From Bdellovibrionales bacterium (GTDB lineage Bacteria; Bdellovibrionota; Bdellovibrionia; Bdellovibrionales; JAKFYE01): 64,000 bases of DNA. Location: NCBI GenBank assembly GCA_965206675.1, contig CBDBKL010000005.1, forward strand, positions 40,481 through 104,480. The letters are read 5' to 3'. The position numbers were made by a program, and so were the translations under genes. Of the stretch, positions 54,743 through 62,553 are shown piece after piece. Position 1 is the stretch's first letter; each line of letters begins with the position of its first letter. The notes below the pieces were generated by a model that saw nothing but the letters and a program-made list of their open reading frames with translations, did not search any database and was not told the DNA's origin.

Positions 54743-55207
54743 ATGAGAAGTAGTAAGAAAAAGGGATTAGATTTTGAAGTAAACCTTTTGGCTTTTATAG
54801 GTCTGCTGGCTGTTTGCGTTTGCTTTTTACTTTTGACAGCGATTTGGGTGCACATTGGTTCCATGGATGTAAAGCAAGCTATTGGTGGTCAGCCAGCGAC
54901 ACAGTCAAAGGTTTCACCTAAAGTTTGGGTAAAAATGATGAGTAAGGGGGCCCTGGAATTTCGTCTCCACAACGCGCCTCGAAAAACATCGAGGCGTTTA
55001 CGTCGTGTTGTCATTAAGGGTTTGGAAGATGAAAAGCCTGACTTTGAAAAGGTGTTGGGACATGTGAAGAATTTAAAAGAAAGAATTCCTGACTTAGAAG
55101 AGAGTTTGATTATGCCTTATGCACAGGCAAAGTACGAAGATATTATTCATTTAATGGATTCTTTGAAAGAAGGCGGAATGACGAGTTTAGGTGTGTCTCC
55201 TCTATAG
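54743..55207 (+). CDS. ExbD/TolR-family protein, paralog 1 (no acidic residue in the TM)
   Basis: A basic N-terminus is followed by a single TM, EVNLLAFIGLLAVCVCFLLLTAIWV, and a periplasmic domain. The position of the conserved TM Asp is Gly. Confidence 0.7.
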   Translation: MRSSKKKGLDFEVNLLAFIGLLAVCVCFLLLTAIWVHIGSMDVKQAIGGQPATQSKVSPKVWVKMMSKGALEFRLHNAPRKTSRRLRRVVIKGLEDEKPDFEKVLGHVKNLKERIPDLEESLIMPYAQAKYEDIIHLMDSLKEGGMTSLGVSPL

Positions 55208-55243
55208 TTTAAGGGGGGATATACTATGAGAGGGAGATAAGTT

Positions 55244-55747
55244 TTGATTACGGATAGTATTATTAAAGAAACAGCAAAAGAGAGCCCTCTCACTAGAGCA
55301 ACGGTTGTTGGTCAAGAAAGTCCAAAAGCGCATAAGCAATCTATCACTCAACCGCTTATGTTAACATCCTTGGTGGATGCCTTTTCTATTTTAGTTGTTT
55401 ACTTGTTAATGAATTTTTCAACATCTGGAGAAATTCTTTATTTTAGTAAAGATCTTGAATTACCACAGGCGCAGAATAGCGTGGAACTTGAGCGACATAC
55501 GGTTGTTAAAGTAGTGGAAGATGGTAAATATTTTATAGAAGAAGAGGAAGTGGCTAAGGGTCAGTTGGTTGCAAAATTGTTGGAACTCAGAAAAACTTTT
55601 GAAAGCGAACGTCCAAATGAAACATTTCCTGGGACTCTCATTGTTCAGGCGGATCGTCGTCAGGAGTATAAAAATTTAAATAGCATTGTTTTAGCAGGAG
55701 CACATACAGGTTACAGCGACATTAAGTTTGCTGTCCTTGCAAAATGA
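55244..55747 (+). CDS. ExbD/TolR-family protein, paralog 2 (TM Asp present)
   Basis: The TM LMLTSLVDAFSILVVYLLMNF carries the conserved Asp. The C-terminal block LIVQADRRQEYKNLNSIVLAGAHTGYSDIKFAV is typical of ExbD/TolR. The start is TTG. Confidence 0.75.
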   Translation: MITDSIIKETAKESPLTRATVVGQESPKAHKQSITQPLMLTSLVDAFSILVVYLLMNFSTSGEILYFSKDLELPQAQNSVELERHTVVKVVEDGKYFIEEEEVAKGQLVAKLLELRKTFESERPNETFPGTLIVQADRRQEYKNLNSIVLAGAHTGYSDIKFAVLAK

Positions 55748-55762
55748 TAGAAAGGAGTATTA

Positions 55763-58720
55763 ATGAAAATAAAAAAATTAATACTGCATTTTTTAGGCGT
55801 TCTCTTTGTATGTTCTTTGCCCCTTTCTGCATTAGAAGCTAATATAGATGCTAAGGCCCGAGATCTTCTTATCGTTAAATTTGAAAAAGTTCTTTCTCAT
55901 CTAGCTCCCAGTGCAAAGGGACGAGCGTCTATCTCCTTACGTTTAGCAGATTTATTAGCTGAGAGAGCTCGGCAAGCTGCTATGAAAGAACTTTCAGAGG
56001 GGTGTACAACATGTCGTGCTGGCTTAGAGGATCGTAAGAAGGCACTAAAGCTTTATGAAGATGTTGTTGGAAAAGTGTCTCAGGAGCAACAGGGAAAAAT
56101 CTTTTTTCAAATAGGTCACTTGCGTGAAGTTTTAGGTAATAAGGCAGCGGCTATTAAGGGGTATAAAAATCTCATAGCAACATCTTCATCTAAAGAACTT
56201 GTGGCAGAAACTCATGTGGCACTCGGAGAGCTCTACTACAAAGATAGGATGTATACATCTGCAAAGCCTCATTTTGAAAAAGCTCTTCAAATGGGAGTAG
56301 AACAAATGGGCCGAGTGAACTATAGAATGGCATGGTGTGATTATAATACGGGGCTTGTAACAGCAGGAGCTGAACGGCTTATTAAGATGTTAAAAGATCC
56401 GAAATTATTGACACGAACAGGGTCTGCTGGGGTTGTGTCTGTTGATCTCCAATTTCAAGAGGAAGTGTCTAGGGATTTAGCTACATTTTTGGCAAAGCAG
56501 GGGCCATCGGATTCCAATATAGAGACTCTGTATCAATACTCTCCTGAATCTACAAAGTTATCAAATTTAAGCTATCTTGCTAATGAATTGGAAAGATTAG
56601 GAAGGGGTGAGAGATCCATTAGTGTTTGGTCAAAGGTTCAATCCCTACAATCAAACCCAAGAGCGCGTTTAGAGGGGCATGTTCGTTTATCGCAACTTTT
56701 TGTAAATGCGCAGGATATTGATGCGGCAATGAAAGAAATGGGAAAGGCTGTTGAGCTTTGGGGTTCTACAGATTGTACAGAGGCATCATGTTCGGAATTA
56801 AAAAGTCGTCTTAGAAAATTGGTTTTAGATTGGCATCGTGCCAATAAGAAAACTCCTTCAGTGCCGATACTGGATGCTTACGCTACATATTTAACTCGAT
56901 TTAGTGAAGATACAGAGATGCGGTATTGGGCTGCGGGTTTGGCAAAAGAGTTAAAGCTTTGGGAACGCTCTATGAAGTTGTTTCAAGAAGTTTCTATGGC
57001 TCAAAAAGGTGATACGCCTAAAGAAAAAGATCTTTTGGAAGAGGCTCTTTTGAGTCAGATAGAAGTTGCAGAACTTTCAAAAGATAAGGCGATGTTGCAA
57101 GTGGCCTATGATCGTTATCTTGCCCAGAGCGCGAAAAAGAGTAAGTCCTTGGAAGTTCACTATCAGAAAGCAAAGTTGTTATATGATTCCGAGAGTTATG
57201 AACAGGCAGCTAAGGATTTAAAAAATGTTGCTTTGATGTCTACAAACGTTAAGGGCGCAAGAAATATTAAAATGCAGGCTGCTGATTTAGCTTTAGATGC
57301 ATTGGTACTTTTAAAAGATGATAAGAGTTTGGAATCATGGGCTATGCAATTTGCAAAGGCCTTTCCTTCTAAATCTTCTGAATATATTCAGATCAGCAGA
57401 CGTTCTGTACTGAATCAAACGGCTTCATTAGCAGATGGCAATACTTTAGAAGCATGGAATGTTCTGCTTCGAACGGATTTAAGTGGTGCTACAGATGAGG
57501 AGAAAATTACTTATTATAAGAATAAAATCCTATTAGCTGAAAAGTTAAAAAAGTTTGGTGAGGAAAGAAATGCCGTGCAGGCGTTATTAAATATAGAAGG
57601 GCTAACATCTAAAGATAGAGAGTTTGCTCTATCCCGTAGATCATGGTTGGCTGAATTGGTTCTTGATTTTTCTGAGGCTTACGAAACAACGAAACAATTA
57701 AAGTTAGAGGATATGTCTCCGGAAGAGAGAATTTTGCGTTTGGCTATGTTTGCCGAATTGGCGGGGAAAGACTATAAAAAACACTATAGAGATTTTTTAA
57801 AGACCTCTAAGGATTCAGAACAATCTGTGATTGTTGCTGCACGTTTGGTGAGAGAGGCAGAGGATAAACAAAAGGCTCTTTTAAGTTATAAAAAGAATAT
57901 CATAGAAGATCCTGAACTTTATATGGGTCTTCAGCTTGAAGTGTTCAATGAACATAAAAACTTAAAATCAATTCGTGAACTTCTCAAGAGTCCAAAAATG
58001 GCAAAAACGGCTGCGGGAAAAATACTACAGCGAGAGATTTATTTTACGGACCTTATGGTTACGAAGAAAAAAGTCGCTGAACATCAAATCCGTTCGACCA
58101 CGCAAAAAATATTAGCTAGTGATTTGAGAAAAAGAATTGGGCTCTTTGAAAAATTAGAAAAGAAAACCCAAGAGGCTTTAGAGTCTTCGGACTGGATGAG
58201 CCAAATTGTGGCTTTGTCTATAACACAAAAAGAAGCGCAAAGGCTTTATAATGATATTTTAGCTCTGCCTATGCCTGAAGGTTTAAATGAGGAAGAGCAA
58301 AATCAGTATCTACGCCTGTTGGGTCAGCAAGCGGGGCCTTACCAGATTAAGGCATCTGATATAGAAACCAAGGTTAAGGAACTTCTTTCGGATTCTTTAA
58401 TTGTTCACCGTTTGGCAGAGAATTTTTCTAAGTTATCAAAGACAGAGCGCATGCTTTCTGAATCTCAATTAAAAATCTTAGTACCGTTTCTTCCTGAAAT
58501 GCAAAAAATGACTTTAGTGCAAGTTCTTGAAAAACCATCTTTAGTGACTTCTGATCGGAAGCCTTCATTGGATTTGGCAGAGGGGCTTCGTACAAGTGTA
58601 CGTAAGGATCCTTTAAACTTAACGTATCTGACACAGCTAAAAGATTTTGAAGAAAAAATGGGAAATAATACGATGGTGAGCTACTTAACAGCTCGTATTT
58701 CGAAGTTAGGAAAAAGATAA
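55763..58720 (+). CDS. Large secreted TPR/helical-repeat protein (GltD/GltE-like by position)
   Basis: The signal peptide is KLILHFLGVLFVCSLPLSALEA. The protein is 985 aa, predominantly helical repeats with TPR-like units (ETHVALGELYYKDRMYTSAKPHFEKAL). It lies between the motor genes and the AgmX-like gene. Confidence 0.55.
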   Translation: MKIKKLILHFLGVLFVCSLPLSALEANIDAKARDLLIVKFEKVLSHLAPSAKGRASISLRLADLLAERARQAAMKELSEGCTTCRAGLEDRKKALKLYEDVVGKVSQEQQGKIFFQIGHLREVLGNKAAAIKGYKNLIATSSSKELVAETHVALGELYYKDRMYTSAKPHFEKALQMGVEQMGRVNYRMAWCDYNTGLVTAGAERLIKMLKDPKLLTRTGSAGVVSVDLQFQEEVSRDLATFLAKQGPSDSNIETLYQYSPESTKLSNLSYLANELERLGRGERSISVWSKVQSLQSNPRARLEGHVRLSQLFVNAQDIDAAMKEMGKAVELWGSTDCTEASCSELKSRLRKLVLDWHRANKKTPSVPILDAYATYLTRFSEDTEMRYWAAGLAKELKLWERSMKLFQEVSMAQKGDTPKEKDLLEEALLSQIEVAELSKDKAMLQVAYDRYLAQSAKKSKSLEVHYQKAKLLYDSESYEQAAKDLKNVALMSTNVKGARNIKMQAADLALDALVLLKDDKSLESWAMQFAKAFPSKSSEYIQISRRSVLNQTASLADGNTLEAWNVLLRTDLSGATDEEKITYYKNKILLAEKLKKFGEERNAVQALLNIEGLTSKDREFALSRRSWLAELVLDFSEAYETTKQLKLEDMSPEERILRLAMFAELAGKDYKKHYRDFLKTSKDSEQSVIVAARLVREAEDKQKALLSYKKNIIEDPELYMGLQLEVFNEHKNLKSIRELLKSPKMAKTAAGKILQREIYFTDLMVTKKKVAEHQIRSTTQKILASDLRKRIGLFEKLEKKTQEALESSDWMSQIVALSITQKEAQRLYNDILALPMPEGLNEEEQNQYLRLLGQQAGPYQIKASDIETKVKELLSDSLIVHRLAENFSKLSKTERMLSESQLKILVPFLPEMQKMTLVQVLEKPSLVTSDRKPSLDLAEGLRTSVRKDPLNLTYLTQLKDFEEKMGNNTMVSYLTARISKLGKR

Positions 58721-58731
58721 AGGGAGTGTAA

Positions 58732-58977
58732 ATGAAAACCTTTAGATTAAAAGTTATCATAATAGGGATTACTTTTCTTATGATTCCTCAAGTTACAATG
58801 GCTACAGGTAAAAAACTTCAAAAGGATCTTAGTTTTGATGATCTCTTGGTAAAGGGTAAATATCAATTTTCTAATGAAGCTGTTGTTACTGTAGAACAAG
58901 ATAAGGTTTTAGATTCCTTATTAGGAGTGCGTAAGGATTTTAAAGATAGAATTAAGAGATCAGCTGAGAGGCATTAA
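58732..58977 (+). CDS. Small membrane-anchored or secreted protein (GltF-like by size and position)
   Basis: 81 aa, with the N-terminal hydrophobic segment VIIIGITFLMIPQVTMA. It is tightly packed between neighbours. Confidence 0.45.
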   Translation: MKTFRLKVIIIGITFLMIPQVTMATGKKLQKDLSFDDLLVKGKYQFSNEAVVTVEQDKVLDSLLGVRKDFKDRIKRSAERH

Positions 58978-59008
58978 TTTTTAAAGGAAATGAAGAGAGA
59001 TAGGAACA

Positions 59009-60145
59009 ATGGGACTTAAACAACTCGCTTTAGAGAACAGACATGGAGATGTCGTCAGGACATTTCGATGGAATGGAGAAGATGCCAAAGTTGTAAGACT
59101 TCTGGATACTCGGCGTGTGGAAGTGTGGTCACCACTGTATGAATCCAAACAAGAAACTCCCTTTGAAGTTTTAGGTGTTATAACAGAAGAGTCTTTAAAA
59201 TCAGGTTTTTCATTAGAGAATTTGGGAAGTATTAAAGAGCTGACTTCTGTTGAAAATGTGCCTTGTGATGTTAAAGAACCAGAAAGAGAATCCAGATTAT
59301 GGTGGAGAATATTTTCTCTTTGTATAGTGTTTATGTTAGGGGGGTTAATAGCTGTTCTACAAGCTCCCAGAGAGATGGAAGAGTTAGAAGAAGAATTAAA
59401 AACCCATGTTGTGCGTATTATAGAAAAAGCAAAACAGCAACCAAAGCCTGTAGCTGTTGCCTCTCAAATGTCACGACTTTCCATGGATGAGCAGAAATCA
59501 AAAGCCGTTAAGCCTCGCAAGAAAAATGTACAACGTTTGGGAGCTCTTGCGGTCTTAGGCTCAATGAAAAAAAGTCGTCAAAAGGGAGGATTAAATTTAG
59601 GGGCAGCTAAAGCGACAGAGGGACCCGGCCTTGGAGGTACGGGAGGAAGTGGTGGCCTTCAAAAAAGTCTTTATGCCAAAGGTATTATTGCAGCCCCTGT
59701 GGGCCCAGGAGCAAACATCAAGGGCGGCGGTGGATATGGCACTAAAGGAAAGGGTGGCGGTAAAGCTGGGTATGGTTCCTTAAGCTTAGTGGGTTCTGCT
59801 GGAACAAGTACTTTACCTTTAGGGACAGAAGCTCTTATAGAGGGAGGGCTTGATAGAGATGCTATTGATGCTGTTGTTCAGAAAAATATAGGACAAATTC
59901 GATTTTGTTATGAGCAGGGCTTGCAGTTAGATCCTAAATTAAAGGGCCGAGTTGTGGCCTCATGGGTTATTCAAGGTACGGGGTCCGTTACAGGGACAAA
60001 GGTGAAAAGCTCGTCCTTAAATTCACAGACAGTAGAGAACTGTATTTTGTTAAGATTACGCTCGTGGAAGTTTCCATTGCCTAGGGGCGGAGTGAATGTA
60101 AAGGTGAATTACCCATTTATGTTAAACAGGGTTAGCAGTGGTTAA
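59009..60145 (+). CDS. AgmX/PglI-type (GltG-like) bitopic protein with Gly-rich linker and TonB-C-like domain
   Basis: It has a cytoplasmic N-domain, a TM (WWRIFSLCIVFMLGGLIAVL) and a Gly-rich linker (GPGLGGTGGSGG...GGGGYGTKGKGGGKAGYG). The C-terminus reads IDAVVQKNIGQIRFCYEQGLQLDPKLKGRV...VENCILLRLRSWKFP, as recalled for the AgmX/PglI C-terminal domain. Confidence 0.7.
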   Translation: MGLKQLALENRHGDVVRTFRWNGEDAKVVRLLDTRRVEVWSPLYESKQETPFEVLGVITEESLKSGFSLENLGSIKELTSVENVPCDVKEPERESRLWWRIFSLCIVFMLGGLIAVLQAPREMEELEEELKTHVVRIIEKAKQQPKPVAVASQMSRLSMDEQKSKAVKPRKKNVQRLGALAVLGSMKKSRQKGGLNLGAAKATEGPGLGGTGGSGGLQKSLYAKGIIAAPVGPGANIKGGGGYGTKGKGGGKAGYGSLSLVGSAGTSTLPLGTEALIEGGLDRDAIDAVVQKNIGQIRFCYEQGLQLDPKLKGRVVASWVIQGTGSVTGTKVKSSSLNSQTVENCILLRLRSWKFPLPRGGVNVKVNYPFMLNRVSSG

Positions 60146-60157
60146 GGGAGAGCTCGT

Positions 60158-61855
60158 ATGAACACAAGGCAGTTATTATTTTTTCTCTTTCTATTGGTAG
60201 TGGGCTGTGAGGGTGGATTGCATCAAAATCCTCTTCATGAATATCCTGATTATATTCAAAATGCGACTTTGCCTGATAATATTCCTAAGAAACCACCTCG
60301 AGAGCCTATTTCTTCTGAATTTGCCAGGATTATAACAAATGATCCTTGGGCTATGGTTGTAGGGCAATCGTTTTCAGTGGGCGTGGATGCTTACTTATTT
60401 TTAGAAGATGAGATGTATCAGGATTTCAGAGTAGAGCTTACGAGCCCACCACCAGAGGGGGAAGATTATTCGTTTGAAGAAGTCATTGAAGAACATAATT
60501 ATGGTTATGAATCCGTTGAAGATGAAGAGGGAGAAGAAGAGGAAGATGATAAGAGTGTATTAAAGCAAAAAGAATATCTTTTTCAATGGACTCCGAGCCA
60601 ATCTATTTTAGATGACGATATTCGCAAAGTTTACTATTTGACCTTTACTTTGATAACTGATGGTGATGTGGCATTAGTAAGAAATAAAACAATCCCTGTT
60701 TTTATAGCTCGTCGTTTTGAAGTTCCTAAAATTACAAGAGTGAAATTGCCTGTAATTTTAAAAGAGGGTGAGTCGGGTGAGATGACTATTTTTGTAGAAG
60801 CACCTGACAGTAGTGAGATGCATGCTCCTACTTTACAATTTGAGTCTCCAGCTATAAAAACACATTCTGATCTTAGGAGTTATATAAATTTTGTTGAAAA
60901 AAAATGGTTAGAAAATGGGAAGTGGGAATTTAAATACTTTATTGATTTACCAAAAGGGGTAGATATAAGCGTTACTCATAAAAAGCATAGTCTTAGAGTT
61001 AGGGCTATTTCTGCCTTTGGCATAAGATCTGACTTCACTAAAGCAGAAGTGACTGTAAACAATGCCGTTCAAGATCCTACAATTGCCGGCCCTAGAGATG
61101 TGACGATTGTGGAGGGGGGGAGAACGAATATATTTCTCTCGGCTTTTGACCCTACGTTAAGTGGGGAGGAGTTAAAAGCAAGGCTTATAACTCCAGTTGT
61201 TAGTTTGCCAGGTGAAGTTTTTCTTTCTTATTTGCCTATGCCTGGTGGTGGGTTAGAGATTTCTATTAATTGGTTTTTACCAGAGGGTGTAGAGAACCTT
61301 AAGGACTCTTATAGAGTGGAGATTGAAGTTGAGAATAGGGGTCGTGAGGGAATGCGTATTGATAGAAAGAAAAAAAGATATTTTGTAAATGTTCATGTTG
61401 AAAAGCTACCAGTACCTGTTGAAGAAGAAATAATTTCCGAGGAAACACTTCAAGAAGATGGTGATGAAGTAGCTGAAAAAGTAGAAGAAAACAAAACTGC
61501 TCCGGAAGATGTGACGCCACCATCTGAAACAAAAAGTGATGACGATCAAGCAACTGATGAGACTTCTGAAGAGGTAGAAGAAGAAGATAAAAGCACTCCG
61601 GAGGTTGTAACACCACCGTCTGGAACGGGTGATGACGATCAACTTACGGATGAAACTTCTAAAGATGTCGAAGAAAACAAAATTGTTCCGGAAGTTGTGA
61701 CGCCACCATCTGAAACAAAGAGTGATGACGATCAATCTGCTGACGAAACTTCACCTGAAGAGGGTGCAAGTCAAAATGAGGACTTAACAACACCTCCTTT
61801 GTCTGCCGTTCGTATTATGCCTTTTTATAACCTTAAGGAAAGGGGACTAAGTTGA
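60158..61855 (+). CDS. Acidic lipoprotein with C-terminal tandem repeats
   Basis: The lipobox reads FLLVVGC. There are Glu/Asp-rich tracts (EDEEGEEEEDD) and beta-rich middle modules. Three 31-aa repeats of the pattern (V/K)EE.K..PE.VTPPSETKSDDDQ..DETS sit near the C-terminus. Confidence 0.6.
   Translation: MNTRQLLFFLFLLVVGCEGGLHQNPLHEYPDYIQNATLPDNIPKKPPREPISSEFARIITNDPWAMVVGQSFSVGVDAYLFLEDEMYQDFRVELTSPPPEGEDYSFEEVIEEHNYGYESVEDEEGEEEEDDKSVLKQKEYLFQWTPSQSILDDDIRKVYYLTFTLITDGDVALVRNKTIPVFIARRFEVPKITRVKLPVILKEGESGEMTIFVEAPDSSEMHAPTLQFESPAIKTHSDLRSYINFVEKKWLENGKWEFKYFIDLPKGVDISVTHKKHSLRVRAISAFGIRSDFTKAEVTVNNAVQDPTIAGPRDVTIVEGGRTNIFLSAFDPTLSGEELKARLITPVVSLPGEVFLSYLPMPGGGLEISINWFLPEGVENLKDSYRVEIEVENRGREGMRIDRKKKRYFVNVHVEKLPVPVEEEIISEETLQEDGDEVAEKVEENKTAPEDVTPPSETKSDDDQATDETSEEVEEEDKSTPEVVTPPSGTGDDDQLTDETSKDVEENKIVPEVVTPPSETKSDDDQSADETSPEEGASQNEDLTTPPLSAVRIMPFYNLKERGLS
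61481..61762 (+). repeat. Three tandem repeats of about 93 nt (31 aa) inside the lipoprotein gene
   Basis: The units at 61481-61572, 61573-61665 and 61666-61762 share ccggaag.tgtgacgccaccatctgaaacaaa.agtgatgacgatcaa. The middle unit is more diverged. Confidence 0.85.
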
Positions 61856-62553
61856 AAAAAATTGTTTTTGTTTTATTGCTAAGTCCGTCATTTGTTTTTG
61901 CTGATCTTTTAGAAGATATTGATTCTTTAGGGGGGAATGATGTTCTTTTGGAAAGGGCACAAAAGTTAAACCCTGAAAAAAGTGTTCAGATTATTCAAAA
62001 TCGTATTGTGGATAGAGTAACTCGTAGTGAAGTGAGCTTTGAGTTCTCTGGTGTTGCTGGTGGTGACGCCTATGTTTCTACAAAAAACTTGGGTTTGAGT
62101 TACACATTTCATATTAACCCAAGATGGTCTTTGGGTTTAAAAGGACAATATGCATTTAATAAATTAAGACCAGAGGGAAAAGCAGCGGTTGATTATGCAA
62201 AGAGAGTTGTGGATGAGACAAATCAGTCCTTGGAGCTTATTCCAGACATAGATTATCCAAAACTGGCTGGTTATGCAGTAATGAATTGGTACCCTATCTA
62301 TGGAAAAATGAATCTTCATGATTTGGGAATTATTCATTATGATATCTATCTTCTTTTAGGTGGGGGACAGGTCAGTTTAAAGAATGGTAATACGCTAGGT
62401 ATAACTGGTGGTATGGGTTTTGGGTTTTGGATTTCTCAGCATCTGTCTTCACGTCTAGAGTTAAGATATGAAACATATCAGGCAAACCCTGTTTCTGAAC
62501 CCAAAAGAATGACCTTAACAACAGTTGGGCTCTCAGTGGGGTACTTGTTATGA
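61852..62553 (+). CDS. Small outer-membrane beta-barrel protein (GltA/B/H-like class)
   Basis: The TTG start overlaps the upstream stop. The signal peptide is KIVFVLLLSPSFVFA. The segments IQNRIVDRVTRSEVSFEFSG, MNWYPIYGKMNLHD and DIYLLLGGG, plus alternating strands ending SVGYLL, match my recollection of the myxobacterial-type OM beta-barrel domain. Confidence 0.6.
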   Translation: MKKIVFVLLLSPSFVFADLLEDIDSLGGNDVLLERAQKLNPEKSVQIIQNRIVDRVTRSEVSFEFSGVAGGDAYVSTKNLGLSYTFHINPRWSLGLKGQYAFNKLRPEGKAAVDYAKRVVDETNQSLELIPDIDYPKLAGYAVMNWYPIYGKMNLHDLGIIHYDIYLLLGGGQVSLKNGNTLGITGGMGFGFWISQHLSSRLELRYETYQANPVSEPKRMTLTTVGLSVGYLL

